IMG/VR virus record: IMGVR_UViG_3300005611_000183
Span: 1-24,806 of that record
Source: a virus
Lineage: Duplodnaviria > Caudoviricetes
Length of the DNA: 24,806 nucleotides
Direction: 5' to 3' (one strand)
In this document: positions 1 to 7,362 of the stretch, piece by piece
Numbering within the stretch: position 1 is the stretch's first letter
Layout of the letters: each line of letters starts with the position of its first letter
Made by a program: the position numbers and the translations under genes
Notes under the pieces: generated by a model
Seen by the model: the letters and a program-made list of their open reading frames with translations, nothing else
The model's database searches: none
Told to the model about the DNA's origin: nothing

Positions 1-269
1 CCAACTTTAAAACCCATTGCTTCAGTTTTTGCAGTAAGTTTTTTGATAACAAAAGCGTGAACAGCATTTTCACGGATTACTTTAATGTAATTTTGTCCAG
101 GTTTTACAGAACAGTTTTTTTCAAAGTTCTCTAAAGTTTCATCATAGTAACTTGAGCCTTCAGCACGGCCTTTTTCAGTCCACTTTGCATAGTCAAGTTT
201 TGAACCTTCAATCAAGTTCTGTACACCTTCATCAAGTGTCTTTGCAGATTTTTCAACGAGAATAGTCAT
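1..269 (-). CDS. Hypothetical phage early protein, 3' end runs off the window (MTILVEKSAKTLDEGVQNLIEGSKLDYAKW...GQNYIKVIRENAVHAFVIKK...)
   Basis: Read by hand: ATG at 269-267, open frame to position 1, AAGGA RBS upstream and a sigma70 promoter at 301-329. The YIKVI..AVHAFV segment resembles a small-protein family I recall from T4-like phages. Not in the ORF track because it has no stop in the window. Confidence 0.8.
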   Translation of the reverse strand, partial: MTILVEKSAKTLDEGVQNLIEGSKLDYAKWTEKGRAEGSSYYDETLENFEKNCSVKPGQNYIKVIRENAVHAFVIKKLTAKTEAMGFKV

Positions 270-300
270 AATTTAAGTCCTTTCTTTAGTGTATGTGTAT

Positions 301-329
301 ATTGTACCATAGTTTTTCCTGTTTGGCAA
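301..329 (-). promoter_or_regulatory. sigma70-type early promoter TTGCCA-N17-TACAAT with extended -10 (TGn)
   Basis: Minus strand reads TTGCCA aacaggaaaaactatgg TACAAT, about 30 nt upstream of the ATG at 269, with an A-rich UP-like tract upstream. Confidence 0.8.
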
Positions 330-346
330 CAGCTTTTTTCATTTTT

Positions 347-535
347 TTATGAATTTTTTTCAGAAATTGCGATTACAACACCTAAGGCCATCATAGCTAG
401 ACCAATAGAAGCGTACATTAACATCTCTCCTAGAGAATTTGCATATTCCATACATTTTCCGTCACAATCGCCAGCAGAACCGGCCATCATTACGATACCT
501 GTAAAGATTAAAATTACAGAAATTAGTGTTTTCAT
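347..535 (-). CDS. Small two-helix membrane protein (62 aa) with a CDGKC loop
   Basis: The ORF track starts it at 550, but the ATG at 535 follows an AAAGGAA RBS and is the better start. Two hydrophobic stretches flank GDCDGKC. Confidence 0.75.
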   Translation of the reverse strand: MKTLISVILIFTGIVMMAGSAGDCDGKCMEYANSLGEMLMYASIGLAMMALGVVIAISEKNS

Positions 536-569
536 AGTGTTTCCTTTCATTTTTTTAACTTATACATCT

Positions 570-598
570 ATCCTATATGAATAAATAAGTGTTGTCAA
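570..598 (-). promoter_or_regulatory. sigma70-type early promoter TTGACA-N17-TAGGAT
   Basis: Minus strand reads TTGACA acacttatttattcata TAGGAT upstream of the RBS/ATG at 535, with A/T tracts directly upstream. Confidence 0.8.
581..587 (+). promoter_or_regulatory. Possible T4-type late promoter box ATAAATA, nested in the spacer of the opposite-strand sigma70 promoter
   Basis: Matches the NATAAATA late consensus and precedes the first plus-strand ORF (647). The AT-rich context makes a chance match possible. Confidence 0.4.
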
Positions 599-601
599 GC
601 G

Positions 602-647
602 TTTTTTTACAAAAAAAGCAAAAAAAATCGAAAAAAATTAAGAAAAA
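602..647. promoter_or_regulatory. Helically phased A/T tracts (UP element or bent DNA)
   Basis: T7 at 602, A7 at 611, A8 at 620, A7 at 631, A5 at 643: about 10-bp spacing directly upstream of the -35 at 593-598. Confidence 0.55.
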
Positions 648-817
648 TGAAGATATTTGTTCTACTTTTGTTCTTTTTTACTGCCGGATGCTCTGGAATA
701 GTGAAAAATTGCAAAATTTCGCCAGATTTAGAGCGAATCAGCGAATCAGCTAAAGAAAATTTAGATAATTTAACTGAAACTGAGCTGAGAAGTGCAACAG
801 CACGCTGTGAATACTAG
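647..817 (+). CDS. Putative small lipoprotein (56 aa, MKIFVLLLFFFTAG-CSGIVKNCKISPDLERISESAKENLDNLTETELRSATARCEY)
   Basis: Translated by hand; below the track length cut-off. Basic N-terminus, hydrophobic core, lipobox-like TAGC and two further Cys. No clear Shine-Dalgarno. Confidence 0.55.
   Translation: MKIFVLLLFFFTAGCSGIVKNCKISPDLERISESAKENLDNLTETELRSATARCEY
659..673. promoter_or_regulatory. Alphaproteobacterial-type LexA (SOS) box GTTC-N7-GTTC
   Basis: GTTC TACTTTT GTTC (GAAC AAAAGTA GAAC on the minus strand), an exact match in the divergent promoter region. Confidence 0.5.
732..750. repeat. Short tandem repeat (AGCGAATC) x2.4 containing two GANTC sites
   Basis: AGCGAATC AGCGAATC AGC is visible directly. 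Confidence 0.6.
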
Positions 818-824
818 ATAAATA
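817..824 (+). promoter_or_regulatory. T4-type late promoter GATAAATA
   Basis: NATAAATA box just upstream of the AAAGGAG RBS and the ATG at 843. Confidence 0.6.
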
Positions 825-842
825 GTAAAAAAAGGAGTTTTC

Positions 843-1007
843 ATGTCAAGTTGTCAAAATTGCGGTCATAATTGTCATTGTGGTACAGTATGTAAAATGG
901 AAGTTGTTAATGAGTTTAATGAAAAATACGAAATTGAATGTTGCAAAAATTGTAGATGTGAAAAAGTAAAAAAATCAGAACAAGAAGCCGGCTTTAACGG
1001 CGCATAG
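843..1007 (+). CDS. Small Cys-rich, metallothionein-like or Zn-binding protein (54 aa, MSSCQNCGHNCHCGTVCKMEVVNEFNEKYEIECCKNCRCEKVKKSEQEAGFNGA)
   Basis: Translated by hand. Strong RBS AAAGGAG at 831-837; 9 Cys and 2 His in two clusters; fills the gap before the 1017 ORF. Confidence 0.8.
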   Translation: MSSCQNCGHNCHCGTVCKMEVVNEFNEKYEIECCKNCRCEKVKKSEQEAGFNGA

Positions 1008-1016
1008 AAAGGGTTT

Positions 1017-1277
1017 ATGGCTAAAATGAGAAAGTTCCTATTTTGGAATGATGAAGGCGTAGAAAACGAAAGAGAAGCAATTAGTTTAAAGAAGGCTGTT
1101 AAGTCAGTTCAATCAGAATACAAAGATACTCAGATTGCAGTTCAATATATTAGTAAAAAGGGACAAGAAATGTGCCACTATGTATTAATACCTATGGGTA
1201 GAAAAATCAGACAAGCGATTATAACAGAAAAAAGAAGATTAGCTAAAAAAGCAAAATTAGAAGCAGCGAGGGCTTAA
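1017..1277 (+). CDS. Hypothetical basic phage protein (86 aa)
   Basis: ORF track; abuts the PAAR gene (TAA-ATG); Lys/Arg-rich helical C-terminus; no family recognised. Confidence 0.75.
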   Translation: MAKMRKFLFWNDEGVENEREAISLKKAVKSVQSEYKDTQIAVQYISKKGQEMCHYVLIPMGRKIRQAIITEKRRLAKKAKLEAARA

Positions 1278-1580
1278 ATGCCAGCAGTTTGTAGAGTAGG
1301 AGATTCACTATCAACAGGTCATGCTTGTGTAGGAACGACTACGATAGCTTCATCTAATACAGATGGTACTGTTAAAGTAAACGGTATCAACCTCATTGTG
1401 GTCGGCGCACCTACAGTATCTCATCCAGCGCCACCAGTTCCACCTTGTCCACCTCATGTTCGTTTTTTAAATGTAGGTTCTTCTACAGTTAGGGTAAACA
1501 GTATTCCAGTAGGTCGAATAGGTGATAGTGCAGATGCCGGAGCCATGACAAGTGGTTCAGGCAATGTTTTTGCAGGTTAA
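1278..1580 (+). CDS. gp5.4: PAAR-repeat baseplate spike tip protein (T4 gp5.4-like)
   Basis: MPAVCRVGD start, GS.TV.VN.IPVGRIGD and GSGNVFAG PAAR motifs, His/Cys metal ligands; directly upstream of gp25. Confidence 0.93.
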   Translation: MPAVCRVGDSLSTGHACVGTTTIASSNTDGTVKVNGINLIVVGAPTVSHPAPPVPPCPPHVRFLNVGSSTVRVNSIPVGRIGDSADAGAMTSGSGNVFAG

Positions 1581-1593
1581 TTTCTAAAAGGTG

Positions 1594-1601
1594 TATAAAT
1601 A
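1594..1601 (+). promoter_or_regulatory. T4-type late promoter TATAAATA
   Basis: Exact T4 gp55 consensus in the PAAR-gp25 intergenic gap. Confidence 0.85.
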
Positions 1602-1609
1602 TTACCGTT

Positions 1610-2035
1610 ATGGCAAGTTATGACGCTTCAAGCACAAATAAAAGTAAAAAGAGTGTAAGGACTTATAAAGACTTAGACTTAGATTTCACTCGACATCCGG
1701 TTACCAATGATGTGGTTAAGATTGAAGATGTTGACGCAGTTAAAAGAAGTGTTAGAAACTTAATCAATACAAACTTCTATGAAAGGCCTTTTCATCCAGA
1801 ATTAGGTTGTGGTGTTAGAGAATTATTATTTGAAAACTATACTCCTTTGACAGGCATTTTTATTAGAAGAAAAGTACAAGAAGTTTTAGACAACTACGAA
1901 CCAAGAGCAAGAGTTTCTGGTATCGCAGTTAACGAACAACCTGATAGAAACGCAATTGATGTTCAAGTTAATTTTTATGTTTTAAATCTACCAAATCCCG
2001 TTTCTGTCACAACTACATTACAAAGAATTAGGTAA
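1610..2035 (+). CDS. gp25: Baseplate wedge subunit / sheath initiator gp25
   Basis: YKDLDLDF..HPVTND, AVKRSVRNL..T..ERPF.PE.G..V.ELLFE and YEPR motifs of the gp25/GPW family; precedes gp6. Confidence 0.95.
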   Translation: MASYDASSTNKSKKSVRTYKDLDLDFTRHPVTNDVVKIEDVDAVKRSVRNLINTNFYERPFHPELGCGVRELLFENYTPLTGIFIRRKVQEVLDNYEPRARVSGIAVNEQPDRNAIDVQVNFYVLNLPNPVSVTTTLQRIR

Positions 2036-2039
2036 ATAA

Positions 2040-3908
2040 ATGGCGTCAAACAAACTTACAGTATCAGAATTCGACTTTGATAATGTCAAAGCAAATCTAA
2101 AAACTTTTTTACAAGGTCAATCAGAATTTCAGGACTATGATTTTGAAGGTTCTGGTTTTGCCGTTCTTTTAGATATTCTTGCCTATAACACCCACTACCT
2201 AGGATTTAATGCCAATATGTTGGCTAATGAAATGTACTTAGATAGTGCAGACATAAGAAAAAATATTGTTTCATTAGCTAAGATGTTAGGTTACACACCA
2301 AACTCTTGCAGAGCGCCAATAGCAAACTTATCCATTACAGTAAACGGCGTAACACCAGGCACATCATCAATTACAATGGACAAAGGCACAACTTTTACTA
2401 CTACAGTTGATGGCACAAGTTATGAGTTTGTAACAAATCAATCTTACACAATTCAACCAAGTTCAGGTGTTTATAATTTTTCAAATGTGGCAATTTATGA
2501 AGGCACTTTAGTTACTTTTAAATACACAGTTGATACTTCGGATCCTGACCAAAGATTTTTAATACCAAGTGCTAACGCTGATACTTCAACTTTAAAAGTT
2601 TCGATTCAAAATTCTGTATCAGACACAACAACAACTGTTTATTCTTTAGCATCTGGTTATTCTGAATTATCAGATACATCTACAGTTTATTTTTTACAAG
2701 AAGCTGAAGATAATAAATTTGAAGTTTATTTTGGTGACGGAGTTTTAGGTAAATCTTTAAGTGATGGTAATATTGTTATCTTAGAATATGTTGTTACAAA
2801 TAAAACAGAAGCCAACGGTGCAAGTTCATTTACACTTTCAGGTGATATTGATGGCAATTCAGATGTTACAATTGCAGTTACATCAAACGCAGCTAACGGC
2901 GCAGAAGCACAAACAAAAGAATCTATTAGATATAATGCACCATTAAATTATGGTACACAAGACAGAGCGGTAACAACTTCAGATTACGAAACAATTGTCA
3001 AATCAATTTATCCAAATGCACAATCAGTTAGTGCATGGGGCGGTGAAGATGATGAAACACCACAATACGGCGTTATTAAAATTGCAATCAATCCTATTTC
3101 AGGTTCAACTTTAACAACGGCAACTAAAGAAAGTATTAAGACACAATTAAAAAGATATAATGTGGTTTCAGTCAGACCAGAAATTGTGGATCCTGAAACA
3201 ACAACCGTTCTTTTAACTTCAACTGTAAAATATAATGATAGAACAACTACAAAAACAGCTGATACTTTAAAATCAAATATCATCACAACTTTAACAAATT
3301 ACAATACAGATACTTTAAATCAGTTTGATGGTGTATTCAGATATTCAAAAGTCACAGGTTTAATTGATAACACAGATACAAGTATTGTTTCTAACATTAC
3401 TACATTGAGAATTAGAAAAACATTTACACCAACGATTGGCACATCTACAAGATATGATGTTTATTTTAGAAATGGTTTATACAATCCACATTCTGGACAT
3501 AAAGCAGAACAAGGTGGTATTTTAGTTTCTTCTGGTTTTAAAATCAATGGTGATACATCAACAATATTCTTTTTAGATGATGACGGCCTAGGAAATGTTA
3601 GACGATACAGTTTAAATGGTGCAGTTCGTGTTTATGCAAATAATACACAAGGTACAATTGATTACACAACAGGTCAAATTACAATTAATTCATTAAACAT
3701 AGCATCAATCGAAAACATTAGAGGCAGTGCATCAACTGTTATTGAATTAACAGTACAACCAAACTCAAACGATATTATTCCAGTTAGAGACCAAATCATA
3801 AACATTGATACAGCTAACTCATCAATCACAGTAGAAGCGGATACATTTGTTGGCGGTTCTGCTGACGCAGGTGTAGGATACACAACATCATCTAGTTATG
3901 GAACATAG
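2040..3908 (+). CDS. gp6: Baseplate wedge protein gp6
   Basis: DFD.VK.NL..FL..Q.EF.DYDFEGS, LLDILAYNTHY, NEMYLDSA.IR..IVSLAK.LGY.P.S, FGDGVLGK and Q.RAVT..DYE motifs. Confidence 0.96.
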   Translation: MASNKLTVSEFDFDNVKANLKTFLQGQSEFQDYDFEGSGFAVLLDILAYNTHYLGFNANMLANEMYLDSADIRKNIVSLAKMLGYTPNSCRAPIANLSITVNGVTPGTSSITMDKGTTFTTTVDGTSYEFVTNQSYTIQPSSGVYNFSNVAIYEGTLVTFKYTVDTSDPDQRFLIPSANADTSTLKVSIQNSVSDTTTTVYSLASGYSELSDTSTVYFLQEAEDNKFEVYFGDGVLGKSLSDGNIVILEYVVTNKTEANGASSFTLSGDIDGNSDVTIAVTSNAANGAEAQTKESIRYNAPLNYGTQDRAVTTSDYETIVKSIYPNAQSVSAWGGEDDETPQYGVIKIAINPISGSTLTTATKESIKTQLKRYNVVSVRPEIVDPETTTVLLTSTVKYNDRTTTKTADTLKSNIITTLTNYNTDTLNQFDGVFRYSKVTGLIDNTDTSIVSNITTLRIRKTFTPTIGTSTRYDVYFRNGLYNPHSGHKAEQGGILVSSGFKINGDTSTIFFLDDDGLGNVRRYSLNGAVRVYANNTQGTIDYTTGQITINSLNIASIENIRGSASTVIELTVQPNSNDIIPVRDQIINIDTANSSITVEADTFVGGSADAGVGYTTSSSYGT

Positions 3909-3919
3909 GATAATATCAG

Positions 3920-6595
3920 ATGGCAAAGTTTACTGATAAAATATCCAATCTTCTAAACAGTCAGGCGCCAGAGTTTGTCGTTTCTGACCACCCTAAATTT
4001 TTAGAATTTCTAAAAGCATATTACACATTTATGGAATCGGCAGAATTGGCCGTGACAAGTGTTGAACAGACAGATGGTATTCGTTTAGAAACAGAAATTG
4101 AAACAAGTCAATCTTCATTGTTAATTGACGCATCCAGAATTGATACAGATAGAACACAGTTAGATTCTGGTGATAAAATTCTTTTAGAGAATACAACTTA
4201 CGGAAAATTTACTAGAGGAGAAACCATAACTGGTCAATCATCTGGTGCAACATCCACCATTTTAACCGAAGACATTGATAATGGCAAGCTTTACATAGCT
4301 GCACAAGACAAGTTTATTATTGGTGAAGCTATCATTGGTGCATCATCAAACGCTCATGCTATTGTTGATGGTTACAAACCAAATCCCGTAAACAATATAC
4401 AAGACTTATTAAACTTTAGGGATCCTGATAAAGTAATCTCTAACTTCTTAACAAAATTTAGAAATGAATTTTTAAATACATTACCTGAAACTTTAGGTGA
4501 GAATGTTGATAAAAGAAAATTAATTAAAAATATTAAATCAGTTTACAGAGCAAAAGGTACGGCAAGAGGCCATCAAATGTTCTTTAGATTGTTATTTGGT
4601 TTAACTTCAGAAACAGTTTATCCTAGAGAAAATATGTTGCGTGTTTCTGATGGTAAATGGACAACAAATAAAGTTTTAAGAGCAATACAATCATCTAATC
4701 AATCTGGTGACCCTACAGATTTAGTAGGTAGAACAATCACAGGCGAAACTTCAAGTGCAACCGCTATTGTAGAAAGTGTACAACAATTTCAAATTGGTGA
4801 AAATTTAGTTACAGAATTTATTTTAAATGATGATAGTATTAATGGTACTTTTCAAACAAGTGAAGTTGTAAGAGGTACAGCTTTAGGTATTGATGATACT
4901 TTTATAAAATTAACAACAACAGGTATTCCTGGAATAATTACAATTTCAAATGACGGTAGTTTATATAATGTAAATGATAGTGTAACAATTACAGGTGGCG
5001 GTACAGGTTCAATCATTCAAGTAGATGCAATTGGTAATGGTGGTATTACAGATTTTATTATTGATAATGCAGGCACAGGTTATGAAATTGGTGACAGTTT
5101 AGTATTTAATAATGCAAATACAAATGGCGGTGCAGCTTCGGCTGAAGTTGCTGTGGTTAATGGTGGTTTTACACAAGAAGAATCAACTTCAACGGAAGAT
5201 GACCATATTGTTTTAGAAGATGAAACTGTAAGAGGTGATAACTATACAGGAAATAAATTAGTACAAGAAAGTGGAACAGGTGTCGGTGATATTACAGACA
5301 TTCGTATCATTAATGCAGGTTCAAATTACACAACTTTACCTACAATTACAATTACAAGTACAAGTGGTGCAGATGCTTCAGTTATTGCTTATGGTGATGA
5401 AATTGGTAAAGTTCAAGGATTAAAAATTGTAGAATCAGGTGCTGAGTATCAACAATCTCCTACACCACCCACTTTAACATTACCAACTTACATTTTAGTT
5501 AAAGAAGTTTCAGGTTCTATTGTTGCAGATACAACAGCCACATCATTAGATAGTTCTAGTTCAGGTATTACAGCTACGGTAAGTTCATTTAATTCTGATT
5601 TAAAAATTGTTAAAGTTATAGATGCAACTGGCACTTTTGAAGTTGATAGAGAAATTACATTTAGTAATGGTGCATCAGCTACAATTGCAAAAGTTGATGG
5701 TGCAACTTCTACAGTAACAGTTACAGCTGTTGCAGATACAGCCGGTACTTTTGTTAACCAAGATGGATGGATTTCTGAAGATGCAATGAGAATACAAGAC
5801 AGTTTATATTACCAAGACTTCTCGTATGTTATTAAAGTTGGCCGAACAATTAATGATTGGCGAGATAGTTTCAAAAAGACAATGCACACAGCTGGTTTTT
5901 ATTTTACAGGACAAGTTAATATTGAAAATCAAATTAGTGCTCAAATTAGTTCACCAGTTGAGGGCATTGTTTCAGGCATTGAAGAAAGTCCAATCTTTGG
6001 TGTTATTGCAACTCTATTCTCTACTATCTTTGGTAGAAGATTAGGAACAGTAGATGATGGCACAACATTAAGAACAAATCCAGAATTAGGTGTGGATCCA
6101 GATTTTGATGATAGTACAAGTGAACACTTTACACCTAATACAAGAGATGTAACTTTATTAAGAGATTATACTTTAATCATTAACTCAGGTAGAAACTTAT
6201 ACAATATCACAGCCAGAGGTAATGATTATATTAGAGGTTATGCTTACGGCGGTCCTAAAATGGGAAGTTTAGACATATATAATAATCCATTTGCATCAAA
6301 TAATAGATTTGGTGGTAATCATACACATAATAGACAAACTGCCTACACAAGAACAAAAGGTACAACGGTTATGGTAACACCAATGACTATGGCTGCTTGG
6401 GCACAACACACAATACAAGGTTTTAACGATACATCTATTGACGGCACAGGCGTTCAGATACGAGATTATGCAATAGACCATATGAAAACTTATATTGCAT
6501 ATCCTAGTTATGTGACAGCCACAGTACCAAATTTAGGTTTTGACCAAACAGATATAACATTTGATGAAACATCATTAACTTTTGATAACACATAA
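3920..6595 (+). CDS. gp7: Baseplate wedge initiator, gp7-like (marine T4-like type)
   Basis: Position after gp6; PEFV..DHPKF.EFLKAYY.FME, LIKNIK..Y.AKGT, LRVSDGKW, IQDS.YYQDFSY.IK and H.AGF motifs; C-terminal TFD repeats. Confidence 0.8.
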   Translation: MAKFTDKISNLLNSQAPEFVVSDHPKFLEFLKAYYTFMESAELAVTSVEQTDGIRLETEIETSQSSLLIDASRIDTDRTQLDSGDKILLENTTYGKFTRGETITGQSSGATSTILTEDIDNGKLYIAAQDKFIIGEAIIGASSNAHAIVDGYKPNPVNNIQDLLNFRDPDKVISNFLTKFRNEFLNTLPETLGENVDKRKLIKNIKSVYRAKGTARGHQMFFRLLFGLTSETVYPRENMLRVSDGKWTTNKVLRAIQSSNQSGDPTDLVGRTITGETSSATAIVESVQQFQIGENLVTEFILNDDSINGTFQTSEVVRGTALGIDDTFIKLTTTGIPGIITISNDGSLYNVNDSVTITGGGTGSIIQVDAIGNGGITDFIIDNAGTGYEIGDSLVFNNANTNGGAASAEVAVVNGGFTQEESTSTEDDHIVLEDETVRGDNYTGNKLVQESGTGVGDITDIRIINAGSNYTTLPTITITSTSGADASVIAYGDEIGKVQGLKIVESGAEYQQSPTPPTLTLPTYILVKEVSGSIVADTTATSLDSSSSGITATVSSFNSDLKIVKVIDATGTFEVDREITFSNGASATIAKVDGATSTVTVTAVADTAGTFVNQDGWISEDAMRIQDSLYYQDFSYVIKVGRTINDWRDSFKKTMHTAGFYFTGQVNIENQISAQISSPVEGIVSGIEESPIFGVIATLFSTIFGRRLGTVDDGTTLRTNPELGVDPDFDDSTSEHFTPNTRDVTLLRDYTLIINSGRNLYNITARGNDYIRGYAYGGPKMGSLDIYNNPFASNNRFGGNHTHNRQTAYTRTKGTTVMVTPMTMAAWAQHTIQGFNDTSIDGTGVQIRDYAIDHMKTYIAYPSYVTATVPNLGFDQTDITFDETSLTFDNT

Positions 6596-6607
6596 TCGCA
6601 AAACTTG

Positions 6608-6615
6608 TATAAATA
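6608..6615 (+). promoter_or_regulatory. T4-type late promoter TATAAATA
   Basis: Exact consensus in the intergenic gap before 6640. Confidence 0.85.
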
Positions 6616-6639
6616 TTAGGGAATTTAAGAGAGTAATCA

Positions 6640-7359
6640 ATGGCAAAACAAACTATTAACATTGGAGTTACAGCTGATGACGGAACAGGTTCTACTATTA
6701 GAGCTGGTGGTGACATTATCAATGACAATTTTAATGAAGTTTATAACTTATTAGGCGACGGTTCTACTTTATATTCATGGACTTTTACAAATACTACAGA
6801 TACAGTAGTAGGCCGTGACACAACCGATACTCTTACTAATAAAACAATTTCAAGTGGTATTGTTGCTACAAGTTTAGATTTAAATGCTAGTGAATTGATT
6901 TTAGATGCAGACGCAGATACATCAATTACAGCAGATACAGACGACCAGATTGATATTAAAATTGGTGGTAATGATAGAATTACTTTACAATCTGGTATTA
7001 TTGATTTAAAAAATGACGGTGCAGAATCACAATTAAAATTATATTGTGAAAGTTCAAATGCACACTATACACAAATTCAAGCTTCACCACACGCAAATTA
7101 TGGTGGTGGTAGTGTAACAGTTGTCGTTCCGGCAGTTGCAGGAACATTAGCGTTAAAACCAACAACAACTAACGCAACAGGTGATGGTTCTACGGTAGCT
7201 TTCACTTTAACTAATATAAATAATGATGTAGATAGCATTATGGTTTTTTTGAACGGAGTTTTACAACGGCCAACTACAGATTATACCGTGTCAGGTACAA
7301 CACTAACATTTGGTACGGCACCTGCAAGTGCGGATGCTATTACAATTAAGGAGTTTTAA
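6640..7359 (+). CDS. Baseplate fibre connector with a gp9/gp10-like N-terminus and a C-terminal 'GDGSTxAF' adaptor domain
   Basis: MAKQTINIG..ADDGTG.TIRAGG..INDNFNE matches the T4 gp9/gp10 N-terminal motif. The C-terminal domain is shared with the 17934 and 19989 ORFs. Confidence 0.8.
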   Translation: MAKQTINIGVTADDGTGSTIRAGGDIINDNFNEVYNLLGDGSTLYSWTFTNTTDTVVGRDTTDTLTNKTISSGIVATSLDLNASELILDADADTSITADTDDQIDIKIGGNDRITLQSGIIDLKNDGAESQLKLYCESSNAHYTQIQASPHANYGGGSVTVVVPAVAGTLALKPTTTNATGDGSTVAFTLTNINNDVDSIMVFLNGVLQRPTTDYTVSGTTLTFGTAPASADAITIKEF

Positions 7360-7362
7360 TAA

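Noticed and set aside
536-550. Upstream ATG (550) of the 347..550 ORF, and ATG 24597 for the last ORF
   Set aside because: The 550 extension consists of the RBS for ATG 535. ATG 24597 overlaps the -10 box, so it would not be in that promoter's transcript.
536-840. CtrA box (TTAA-N7-TTAA) in the divergent control region
   Set aside because: TTAA half-sites at 555, 638 and 770 have no partner at the required spacing.
985-994. Palindrome AAGCCGGCTT as a terminator
   Set aside because: Perfect 10-bp palindrome with no loop and no U-tract, inside a coding region.
7357-7362. Stop-codon readthrough or alternative genetic code
   Set aside because: Double TAA with an RBS for the downstream gene; long conserved genes are intact under the standard code and TAG terminates gp6 normally.
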